From an uncultured Lentisphaerales bacterium (GTDB taxonomy: Bacteria > Verrucomicrobiota > Lentisphaeria > JABSQK01 > UBA12247), in NCBI GenBank assembly GCA_943788985.1, contig CALSSJ010000027.1, forward strand, positions 10,184-74,183: 64,000 bases of DNA, written 5' to 3'. The first letter of the stretch is position 1, and each line of letters begins with the position of its first letter. Shown here piece by piece: positions 51,311-61,326 of this stretch. Position numbers and translations under genes: made by a program. The notes below the pieces were generated by a model. The model was not told the DNA's origin, made no database searches, and saw only the letters and a program-made list of their open reading frames with translations.

Positions 51311-52711
51311 ATGAACATGGCAAAGAGGAAGCCGAATGTCGTCTTCATCCTGATCGATGATATGGGCTGGAAGGATCTGGGGTGTTTTGGTGCCAAGCTT
51401 TATGAGACACCCACTATCGATGCGCTCTGTGCTGAAGGGATTCGTTTTCCCCAGGCCTATTCATCTGCCCCCATCTGTTCTCCAGCACGTGCAACCGCGC
51501 TGACGGGTAAGCACCCGATGAAACTCCACATGTGGAACCACACGCACTATCTGCCCGCAGATCAAAAGATATTGCCTGCCTACCTCAAGGAGAACGGCTA
51601 CCAGGCCTGGCATGTCGGTAAGTGGCACATGGGGTGCCCCGAAATGAAAACCTTCCCGACCGATCTCGGTTTCGAAGAGAACAGGGGTGGCGGGATCTCG
51701 TGGGGGCCCGGCTCCTATTTCTGGCCCTACGGCTGCGATGAAGAGGGGGTGCCGGAAAATCCGCGCAATGCTGTACCAGGCCTGTTTGCAGGAGGAGAGC
51801 CAGGGGAGTATCTCACCGACCGGATTGCCGAGGAGGCCATTGATGTCCTTGAGTCGCACACCCCCGGGAAGCCCTTCTTCCTGAACCTGTGGCACTATGC
51901 GGTTCATGACTACAAGGAAGCCAAGCCCGAAGTGGTCAAAAAGTATGAGCGCAAGATTGAGGCGATGGGGCTGACGCCGACCTATCGCATCGACCCCAAG
52001 ACCGGAGCGAAGCTGCTCACAAGCGAGACCAATGCGGTCTATGCCGCGATGATTGAGAGTGTCGACGATTCGGTTGGCCGGGTCGTGGCGAAGATCAAGG
52101 AAGTGGGCGAGTACGAGAACACCTTCTTTATCTTCTTCTCCGACAATGGCTGTACAACCAACGACGTCCCCTGCGTGCCACTGAATGGAGGTAAGAACTC
52201 GAACTATGAAGCGGGCGACCGGATTCCCGCATTCATGGCCTGGCCGGGGATTATCGAGGCAGGTTCGGAATACGACCACCCCATCTACATCGGGGATGTC
52301 TTCGATACCGTTCTTGCCGCTGCGGATATCGAAAAACCTGTAGATCATGAGAGCGACAGCATGTCGCTCATGCCCGTGTTCAGGGGGGAGCGGCTTCCGG
52401 AACGAACATTCATCTGGTACTTCCCGGACACCCGGCTTCATTGGGCACAGCGTGCCAATGCCGCAATCTATGATGAGGCATCAGGGTTCAAATACCTGCT
52501 CTACTTCAATGGCGATTCCGATGAGCTCTTCGACATCCATCACGATCTGGCAGAGGAGAACGACCTCTTTGGGCAGCATCCGACACTGGAACAGAACCTA
52601 CGCGACGAGTTGATCTCCTTTCTGAAGCAACAATATGAGGAAATGCCTCCTCCGCCAAATCAGTTGGTTGACGGCGTCAAGAAGCGGATACTCAATGACG
52701 ATTTGGTCTGA
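51311..52711 (+). CDS. Formylglycine-dependent sulfatase
   Basis: KPNVVFILIDDMGW.D, CSPAR..LTG, GKWHMG, YAVH, SDNG, GK...YE.G.R.P. Confidence 0.92.
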   Translation: MNMAKRKPNVVFILIDDMGWKDLGCFGAKLYETPTIDALCAEGIRFPQAYSSAPICSPARATALTGKHPMKLHMWNHTHYLPADQKILPAYLKENGYQAWHVGKWHMGCPEMKTFPTDLGFEENRGGGISWGPGSYFWPYGCDEEGVPENPRNAVPGLFAGGEPGEYLTDRIAEEAIDVLESHTPGKPFFLNLWHYAVHDYKEAKPEVVKKYERKIEAMGLTPTYRIDPKTGAKLLTSETNAVYAAMIESVDDSVGRVVAKIKEVGEYENTFFIFFSDNGCTTNDVPCVPLNGGKNSNYEAGDRIPAFMAWPGIIEAGSEYDHPIYIGDVFDTVLAAADIEKPVDHESDSMSLMPVFRGERLPERTFIWYFPDTRLHWAQRANAAIYDEASGFKYLLYFNGDSDELFDIHHDLAEENDLFGQHPTLEQNLRDELISFLKQQYEEMPPPPNQLVDGVKKRILNDDLV

Positions 52712-52736
52712 GAGAATCGCAAGTAGGGAAAACCGC

Positions 52737-53536
52737 ATGCGAACAAAAACATGGATCGCGACCAGGCCCAACCCCGGCGGATTGGAAATCCAGCGTGCAG
52801 CCGGGCTGATCACGCAGGAAGCCTTCGACACCGGCGTTCAGAAGCAGCGAGCAGATCGCCCTGGCCGATACTTTCTGGGACAGATGGCCAAATCAGCCGG
52901 CTACCATACTGCCTTCTTTGGTAAACTCGGCGTCGGCTACACCGAGACAGCGGCGATGATCCGGGGCTACGGCTTCGATCATCATGTCGGCCTCTACGAC
53001 TCGGTGATCTGCTGGAGCTACTACCCCGAGTACTACTGGCGCAATGGCGAAAAGGTGCCGCTTCCTACCAACCCTGCGTTCACGGGCAAGTACCCGGATT
53101 GCCCCGAGGTAGGCAAGCCGGAGATGGTCTACAGCGAGGATCTCTGGTTGGAGAATTGTCTATCCTATCTGGACGAGCGCGCCAAGGACAACGAGCCGTT
53201 TCTGGCGGTCTACGCGACGCAACTGCCGCACGGGCCGGCGTCCATTCCGCAAGAGGACTACATCTACGAGAACCGCCAGGACTGGACAGAAAAGGAGAGA
53301 ATTGGGTCAACACCACCGGGGCAACGCGGGAAGCCATCATCGTGGGGGACTGGAAGCTGATCTACGAGTTGGATCGCGAGCAAAGCGACAAAAAGGCCCG
53401 GCGACGTATCTATCGCCCCGCCCTCTACGACCTGAAAAATGATCCCCTCGAAAAGCAGGACGTGATTAACCAACACCCGGAGAAAGCCTCCACCATGCAG
53501 GCGCTGATCCAGCAAGCCCAGAAACCTTTACCGTAA
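52737..53536 (+). pseudogene. Sulfatase remnant (no CxPxR region; internal deletion/frameshift near 53300)
   Basis: AGYHTAFFGKLG, GFD, PFL..YATQLPH in one frame; GDWKL, LYDL..DP.E in another. Confidence 0.65.
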
Positions 53537-53563
53537 CGACGCTGAACGAAAGGAAGACGTACT

Positions 53564-56500
53564 ATGAGAGAAGTGATGATGAGAAGATTGGCGATTGTAT
53601 TGGCCTTCACATTTGTGTTTGTACACGCGGTTCTTGGCGGCGACATCTGGGGGACGGGTGAAGTCCCGCGCCTGACGGATCCTGGCAGTGTCCCACAGAC
53701 GCTGGAGGAGGTCTGGGCCGGCTACGAGAAGAACTACGACGAGCACAACCCGCTGGAAGCGATCGTCCACAAGACCTGGCAGCGCGAAGGCGATATCGAG
53801 GTCAACTGGGTGCAGTTGACGGTGGGGAGCTTTCAGGGCAAGAAGGCGATTGTCTGCGGCTACTGGGCCTACCCGAAGGGCGCGAAAGCGCTGCCGGGCC
53901 TCGTCATGTTTCATGGCGGCCCGCAGACCGCCAGCGAGGACGGGGCCGTGAACTGGGCCAAGCTGGGCTATGCCTGCTTCCATCCCAACCACAATGACCG
54001 GGCCAAAATGGGCGGCAAGGCGGCGGGACTGCCCAACACCGACTGGGACGCGGTGAATGCTTGGGGCGCAAAAGGCCCCGACAGCCCGTTCCAGGCAGAC
54101 AAGACCACCGTCGATGCGGCCCCAAGCCCACGCAACAGCTGGCAGTTCCCGCGCCAGATGTCGGGGCGCCGCATCATCTCGTTTCTGGCGCAGCAACCCC
54201 AGGTTGACGCCAAGCGCATTGGCGTGCGCGGGCACTCCACCGGCGGCTCCTTGACCACCTTAGTGAGCATTGACCCGCGTGTGGCTGCCGCCGTCCCCTC
54301 GGTAGGCGGCGTCGGTGGTTTCATGGACGTGCACCCGGTGATCACCGGCAACACCCGCCACCTGCGACTCCAAGGCGAACGCCGCAAGCTGTTCGACGAA
54401 ACCCTGGAAATGCGGACCGTCTGGGCACACATGCACGCCCCCGTGCTGCTGCTCGGGGCTTCGAACGACTTCAACGCGCCGGACTGGAATTGCCTCGAAG
54501 CGCTGAAGCGCGCCACGGTGGACAAGCGCTACGCCTCCTGCGCCAACTACAATCACTCCTTTCCGCCCGAGACCATGGTGGCCGACTACCTTTGGTTTCA
54601 GGACAAGCTCAAGGGGGCATTTACGTTCCCGCCTGCCCCAAAAGCGGAACTGCTCCTGGATCGCGCCACTGGGGTCCCCGTCTTCCGGGTTACGCCGCCG
54701 GAGACGGAGCTGGCGCTCAAGCGCGTAGAGATGTTCTACACCGACGGGCGCAACCCGCTGACCCGCTTCTGGACCACCGGCGCGCCCCAACAGAACGCCG
54801 ACGGGAGCTGGGAGATTGCCTGCCCGGTCCTCTACAACGACGAGCCGCTGACCGCGTTCGCCAACTCATCTACGCGATCGACCCCATTCAGGCGCCACAC
54901 CACAGCTACGATGGCCTCAGCGAAATGGCTGCGACCAGCAACTATGCCGTCGCTATGCCCGAGCACCTCCAGCAGTCCAGCGTCAAGCCGTCGTTCCAAC
55001 AGAGCCGCACGATCGATGACTTTGCTGCCGGGTTGCGCGATTGGGGCGGTAATCTGGGCAATGGGCACCGGTGGAACATCGACACCCGCAAGGTTGCCGA
55101 CGCCCGCTTCATGGGACCGAAGGGCGCCGAACTGGTCCTGGAGGTCAACTCCCCCGCGCCCGGACAGACGATGGGCGTCCTTATCGAGCGCAACTTCATG
55201 GAAGCCAACTTCCGCGAGCACGCCTTCTACACCTTCGTCGAGCTACCGAAACAGGGCTGGAACACGATCCGGATCAAGACGCGCGATCTCCGCAATCCCT
55301 TCGGCTGGGCCCTGGACGATTGGCACAAGGTGTCCCGCCTGACCCTGATGTCCGCGCCGAGCTTGAAGAAGAAGATCGAAGGCGACCTCGCTCGCGTGGC
55401 GGGCAGCGTGGCCCAGCGCCAGGGCGCCGGGGATTCGAAGTACGTGCTGAATCTGGGCGCGGTGCCAGACAAGGTCAGCGGCTGGGACGAAGCCTACTAC
55501 CAGGAAGCCGGGGATGAATACACCAAGTTCAACATGACGACCAAGGATGACGTGCTGGCCCGTCAGCGATTCCGCAACCTTCGTTGGGAAGGTGGGGCGT
55601 ACGTGGCGCGGACCAAGCCCTACGAGCGCGAGCCATACGTCCAGCCGTCCCTCGCCCCGCCGGACGTCTGGCAGGACTACGATCCGGACGCAGGCAATCT
55701 CAACGAGGAGATCATCAGCGAGGAGACAAAGGACGGCATCTACTACAAAGAGTCTTACATCTCGGCCTATGTGAACGGCGAAGACGTGCGGGTCTACTGC
55801 AAATATGCGGTCAAGGCCGGGGCCAAGAATGCGCCGGGACTATTGAACGTTCATGGCTGGATGGGGGGACCGGCCATCGACATGGCGTATGTGCAAGATG
55901 GCTGGGCGGTCATGGCACACGACTACTCCGGCATCACAAACCGTCCCCACTTTACGAAGTATCCCAAGGCATTGGCCCATGGCCACATGGACGCGCGCAA
56001 GATGGGGTTCGCGCTTATCTACGGCAAAATGCCCGACGGCAGCCAGCTGACCGACCCCAAAGCCACGTCGCACTACCTCTGGAATGCGGTGCAGCGCCGG
56101 GCGCTCAGCTACCTCCTCGCGCAGCAAGAAGTGGACCACGATCGCATTGGCGCCAAGGGCTATTCGTATGGCGGCACGATCATGTGGAACCTGGCCATGG
56201 ACGCACGGGTGAAAGCGGTCGTCGCCTACTTCGGCATTGGCTGGATCGACTACTACCGAAATCGCGCGGTGTGGCGCTACAACGTCCCGCACAAGAACCC
56301 AGCAAAGACCCCGGGCGAGGCACTCTTTCTGTCCGCCGTCGCGCCCCAGGCGCACGCGCCGCACATCACCGCAGCGAGTCTCTGGCTGAACGGTTCCAAC
56401 GACCACCATGGCGGCCACGAGCGAGGCTGCGAGACCTTCAAGAGTTTCAAGGAAGGCGTGCCCTGGGACTTCGCCATTCAGGCCCGCGGTCACCACAACA

Positions 56501-57741
56501 CCGAGAAGCTGGGGGATGATTGCAAGCTCTGGCTGGAGAAGCACGTGCTCGACAAGAAGCACTTCTGGCCAGTGCGACCGGAGTCCGAGATCAAGCTCGA
56601 TGCTGCGGGTGTGCCGGAACTACAGCTCACGCCTGCGAGCCCGGAACGGATCAAGGAACTCCAGGTGTATCAATGCCTGAAGACCGCCAACAATATCGAA
56701 CGCTACTGGCGCGATGTGCCGTCGGAGCGTAGAGGCAACACCTGGATCGCCAAGCTGCCGGTTATGAACGTGGCCGACTACGTCTTTTCCTATGCTAATA
56801 TCCGCTACGACAACGACTGCGTCGTGTCGTCGGACTTTGAAGCGGTGATTCCTGCGACACTTGGGAACGCCGTGGCCACAGACACCCGGTCCGATGTGCT
56901 TCCGGGCGGCGCCGATCGCTGGAGCCATGTCGCACCTGCCGAGGGCGTCGGCGGCATCGAAGGGTTCCGGCCGATTGATAATCGCCGGGGAACCCAAAGC
57001 GGTCAGTTCGCTGACCCGAAATGGAAAGCGCCGCGCGGCGCGAATCTGACCTTCAAATTCTATTGCACACAACCGCAATCGCTGGTGCTCTGGGCGGACC
57101 GGTTTGCGACTGACATCGAAATTTCCGCTTCCGACGAGTGGCAGAGCATGACCGTACAGGCACGCACGTTGAAGCAGCAATCAGGACAGGCCTTGGCTGA
57201 CTGGTCAACGGTCAAGACAATCGGCTTCAAGCCGAAGCCGGGGGAGGATATCACCAAGGTGATCTTTGCTGCATTCAAATGGGAGGTCTCGGAGGCGCAG
57301 ACACCTTCTACACCTGTGGCGGACAAGGACGGCAAAGTCTATCTGACTGGTGAGATGGCGAGTGCCTGTGAAACGTTCTGGCGTGTGCTTGATGATAAGG
57401 GTGTTGAAGGCAAGCCACTCAGCGTCGGCGGCAAACAGTACGATCGCGGCTTGGGCGTGCATGCCGACTCCAAAATCAGCTTCCCGCTGAATGGCGCGTT
57501 TGCCGCCTTTCATGTCGTGCCCGGTCCGGATGACGCCCACAAAGGTCTGCTGGAAATGAAGATTCTGGTAGATGGCAAAGAAGTCTATGCCAGCGGTGCC
57601 GTAAGCAGTTCAGGATTTAAAGCGAAGCCCCTGACACTCCCCGTGGTCGGAGCCAGGGAGTTGACGTTGATCGTCACGGATGGCGGCAACGGCAAGGGCG
57701 GCGATCATGCCAGCTGGGCCGATGCCCACCTCGTAAAATAG
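53564..57741 (+). CDS. Large secreted protein: two alpha/beta-hydrolase (dienelactone hydrolase/acetylxylan esterase-like) modules, putative carbohydrate-binding domains and a C-terminal NPCBM/NEW2 domain; 1-nt frameshift near 54865
   Basis: Signal peptide; HGG and RIGVRGHSTGG; second module HGW and RIGAKGYSYGG; C-terminal GLGVHADS...L.L.VTDGG.G..GDHA.WADA.L. Confidence 0.75.
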
Positions 57742-57748
57742 GGTTGAT

Positions 57749-58456
57749 ATGAAATGTATGAATGTGAGAATGGTTGTGGCCTTTGGGCTGCTTGCGGCGA
57801 GTACCTTCGCTGTTTCGAATTTGCCGCTGCCGGCGGAGATCTTTGACGTGAACGGAAGGCGCGCGTTTGTGATGCAGCCGGAAAAGCCAGCGGCGGGAAG
57901 TCCGTGGGTCTGGTATGCGCCGACCTTGCATAGCTATCCGCACCACTCGCAGCGGTATTATTTTGAACAGCTGCTTGAACACGTAATCGCGGTTGCCGGT
58001 TATGATTTGGGCGAGGTCCGCGGCGCACCGGTCAGTTCAAAGGCGTTCACCGGGTTTTACGACGCGATGGTCGCAAAAGGCTATTCGCCCAAGCCGGTTT
58101 TGCTGGGCCAGAGCCGGGGCGGGCTGATGCTGCTGTGCTGGGCGTTCCGCAACCCGGATAAGGTCGGGGCGTTTGCCGGGATCTATCCGGTGTGCAATAT
58201 CGCCAGCTGGCCGCTTCAGCGTTCCAAACCGTCGGTACTGGCGGATTACGGCATGTCGGAAGAGGAGATCATGAAAAAGCTGGATCTCTTGAATCCGTCT
58301 GAAAATCTGGACGGGCTCGTGAAGGCGGGCGTGCCGATGTTTATCATTCACGGCGATTCCGATCGGCCCGATTCAATCCGTCTTCCTCGTTGGCAAACGC
58401 GCGGTTACAGGAAGAACGAACCACTGATGAACACTCATGGGCACGGATCGATCTGA
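57749..58456 (+). pseudogene. Secreted alpha/beta hydrolase, 3'-truncated near 58360
   Basis: PWVWYAPTL, GQSRGG, GIYPV, IHGDSD, then the sequence runs into repeat DNA; the catalytic His region is absent. Confidence 0.65.
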
Positions 58457-58750
58457 ACTGCCTAAGATTAGGAGGATATCGCGGGCAGGCGCCCAGAGCA
58501 CAACAGGGTCTACCACGGAGACACGGAGGCACGGAGGCTGCAGGTTTTCGTTGAAGAAGGAAAAGGATCGATGTCTCTTCTTCTGTTATCTCTGTGCTCC
58601 CTGTGTCCTCCGTGGTGAAGCAACACCGCAACGGGCCACCCAGCATGTCAACAGATTCTACCACAGAGAACACAGAGGACACGGAGGCTGGCCAGGATGC
58701 AAAAGCCACAAGATCCGCTCCTCTTATCTCTGTGCTCTCTGTGTCCTCCG
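58419..58750. repeat. Cluster of palindromic elements with triple-heptamer arms (CACRGAG x3 and CACNGAT x3)
   Basis: Arms at 58419-58448, 58510-58540/58586-58619 and 58658-58690/58724-58750. Confidence 0.85.
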
Positions 58751-60271
58751 GTTACGCCAGCTATGCTGGATTATTCTCCCCACATGAAAGGAGGTGGGAC
58801 TGACAATTGTTTGTTTATCAGTTAGTCGCGCTTCGGCGTGTTGCGGTAACAATGCACGCGAAAGGTAGCGGTATCGGCCCTGTGGTCGATGCGATTGACG
58901 ATGGTACGTCCAGACGACGAAGATGTGAGCCCTAATAACGTGAACTCGTTTCGGCCTCGTTACACAAATGCCGATGGCCAACCTCCCGGATGTGGTGAAG
59001 TCTATTACCGATGCTGACTTAACAAACCTTCGTAGGCATCGGATCGGTCGGGGTGATTGGAGAGAGCGCGCATCGAAAGAATAATCATAGTATCTGGGAT
59101 CCCCTCCCCGTGGCACCGAGCTGGAGGTCAGCGAAGCGCAAGGGCAGGTGCGGAATCAATAACGCACTTACCTGCGGATGAGGGAGTCGGAGTGGCTCGT
59201 ATGAGCGTTGACGCAGGGTAATGCCTGTCGAGCAAAGGGGCTGCACCGTTATTACGTTTACAAAACAGAAAGGAGTTCCGCTTGAACGTACCGCGTTCCA
59301 CTACGGAAAAGGCACAACCGGTCGGATTCAAATCTGAGCCAGGTTTGCCGTTTAAACTCTCCTTGCTGCGTTGGAAGCTACACCGCAAGGCCAAGCAGGA
59401 ACCGGCGTTTCGGTTTTATGCTCTGTATGATCGGCTATACCGGCGCGATGTGCTGGAAACGGCCTATCGCCTGGCAAAGAAGAACGATGGCTCTCCGGGT
59501 GTGGACCAGGTGTCATTTACTGACATCGAAAGCTGCCCTGGCGGGTCGGCAGGCTTGATTGATCTGTTGCAGGAAGAACTACGCAACAAGTCGTATAAAC
59601 CGTCCCCAGTCAGACGGACGTATACCGAAAAGGAAAACGGCAAACAGCGCCCCTTGGGAATCCCGTGCATTCGGGACCGAGTGGTGCAGACGGCTGCAAA
59701 ACTGGTCCTGGAACCGATCTTTGAGGCAGACTTCTTTGACAAGACGACAATAATCGATCTGCGTCAAGAGCGTGCGAGCCTGGACTTTCTTGGGTTCACA
59801 CTGCGCTATGACCAAGATCTCCACGGTCGACCCGGACGAAGGTACCTGAACACCTTTCCGAGCAAGAAGGCGGTCATGAAGCATCGCGAGAAGCTTCGGG
59901 GTTTTACCCGCAGCGGCTACAAGCGTACGCTGAGTGACACCATTGCGAAGGTAAACCAAGCGAATCGTGGCTGGAAAGGCTACTTTGAGCCTGGTTATCC
60001 ACGGCAGTGTTTCAGGGGTATGAACCATTTCGTCCTTGGGCGTTTCAAGTCGTTCATTAACCATCGTAGTCAACGACGATGCCGACCTCTACGAGATGGG
60101 GAAAGCCTTTATGCCGGTTTAAGGCGTATGGGCTATGAACCTCTCTAATCCCGGCGGAGTCGGGCTTGCCTGTGCATGCCTGCGGCGAGAATAACGGGAG
60201 AGCCGTATAGTGGAAATCTCTATCTACGGTTCGACGAGGGCCCCGGGCTTAAACCCCCGGGGCTACTCTAC
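58751..60271 (+). mobile_element. Group II intron with internally deleted RT
   Basis: 5' GTTACGCC; domain V GAGCCGTATAGTGGAAATCTCTATCTACGGTTC (~60200-60232); domain VI hairpin ending GCTACTCTAC; RT ORF inside. The 5' boundary is inferred from the interrupted repeat. Confidence 0.85.
59282..60148 (+). CDS. ltrA: Group II intron RT/maturase lacking RT3-RT6 (no PQG or YADD)
   Basis: RT0 (RFYALYD, PGVD), RT1-2 (Y.P.PVRR, GKQRPLGIP.IRDRVVQ, LEPIFEADF) joined in frame to KT.IID...FLGF and the X domain (N...RGW..YF). Confidence 0.85.
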   Translation: MNVPRSTTEKAQPVGFKSEPGLPFKLSLLRWKLHRKAKQEPAFRFYALYDRLYRRDVLETAYRLAKKNDGSPGVDQVSFTDIESCPGGSAGLIDLLQEELRNKSYKPSPVRRTYTEKENGKQRPLGIPCIRDRVVQTAAKLVLEPIFEADFFDKTTIIDLRQERASLDFLGFTLRYDQDLHGRPGRRYLNTFPSKKAVMKHREKLRGFTRSGYKRTLSDTIAKVNQANRGWKGYFEPGYPRQCFRGMNHFVLGRFKSFINHRSQRRCRPLRDGESLYAGLRRMGYEPL

Positions 60272-60462
60272 TGTTCATCGGTGGTTGCCCTCTTTCCCTG
60301 TTCAACGGAACAGCGGGCTCAATCCGCTCCAATTTCATTCTCGTTTCGTTCTCTGGGTCGGCCTGGCAGGCCAACCTACTTCGGGAGGGCGGCGACGAGA
60401 ACGGATCACGATTGCTCTGGGCTTTATCAGTGTCCATCGGTGGTCATCGGTGGTTGCCCTCT
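60272..60462. repeat. Right arms of the CACNGAT-type element (remnant at 60272-60293, complete arm at 60426-60455)
   Basis: TGTTCATCGGTGGTTGCCCTCT and TGGTCATCGGTGGTTGCCCTCT form a 22-nt direct repeat; both are reverse-complement-like to 58419-58448. Confidence 0.8.
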
Positions 60463-60471
60463 TGCCCTGTC

Positions 60472-61326
60472 TCATTCTTTGGAGCCGCCTTGGCTCATGC
60501 CTTCGACGTAGTACTTCATGCCAAAGACAAAGACCAGGATCAGGGGCAGGGCGCCAAGCATGTAGCCAGCGAAGGTGGGGCCCATCTGGAATCCTGACTT
60601 CGAGAAGTTCTTGACGGCGACCGCGAACACTTGGATGGCGTCGTCTGAGATGGTCACCAGTGGCCAGATGTACTCGTTGTAGATGCCAACAAAGGTCAGA
60701 ATGGCGACCGTGGCAAAGATGGGCAGAGACTGCGGGATGGCGATGGAGCGCCAGATCTGCAGTTCGGAGGCGCCGTCGATGCGAGCCGCGGCAAACATGT
60801 CCTCGGGCAGTGATTCATAGGCGGTTCTGAACAGGTAGATGCCGAGGATCTGGCCGCCGGAGAGGAAGGGCAGGATGAAGACCCAGCGGGTGTTGAGCAG
60901 GCCGCTGCCGCCCTGGCCCAGCCAATCGTTGCCGCCGAGAAATGGGAATTCCTTGTACCACAGGTAGCCGGGCACGAGGGTCAGGATTCCGGGGATCATC
61001 ATCAGGAAGATGATCGCCGTAAACAGGACGCCCTTGCCACAGAATTTGAGACGGGCAAAGGCATAGCCGGCCAGCGAGCTGAGCACCAGTACGCCCGCGA
61101 CGATGGCAATGCAGATGATCATGCTGTTGAGAATGGATGGATAGAGCGCCACCCAGGACTGCTGGTAGTACTCGGGACGGAGGGTCGCCGGCAACGACCA
61201 CAGGCTGCTGTGAACCTCGCCGTTGGTCTTCTGGGAAAGCAGCAGGGCGATGTAGAATGGCAGCAGTGTCACCATCAGCAGCAGGGACAAGACCAGAATG
61301 GCACCAGTGCTTTTTACCCTATTCAC
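60472..61326 (-). CDS. Carbohydrate ABC transporter permease (MalG-like)
   Basis: AGYAFARL.F.GK, EAA-like loop AAARIDGASE, YNEYIWP. Confidence 0.9.
   Translation of the reverse strand: MNRVKSTGAILVLSLLLMVTLLPFYIALLLSQKTNGEVHSSLWSLPATLRPEYYQQSWVALYPSILNSMIICIAIVAGVLVLSSLAGYAFARLKFCGKGVLFTAIIFLMMIPGILTLVPGYLWYKEFPFLGGNDWLGQGGSGLLNTRWVFILPFLSGGQILGIYLFRTAYESLPEDMFAAARIDGASELQIWRSIAIPQSLPIFATVAILTFVGIYNEYIWPLVTISDDAIQVFAVAVKNFSKSGFQMGPTFAGYMLGALPLILVFVFGMKYYVEGMSQGGSKE

Larger units (their letters stand above)
49973..51329 (+). repeat. Direct repeat, copy 2
   Basis: Aligns with 46608-47965. Confidence 0.95.

Noticed and set aside
58419..58750. CRISPR array
   Set aside because: The units are inverted pairs with irregular spacing rather than direct repeats with uniform spacers; no cas genes.
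46608..60148. Diversity-generating retroelement (RT plus repeat pair)
   Set aside because: Differences between the repeats are not adenine-specific, the repeat is gene-sized, and the RT is group II type with domains V/VI and no catalytic motif.
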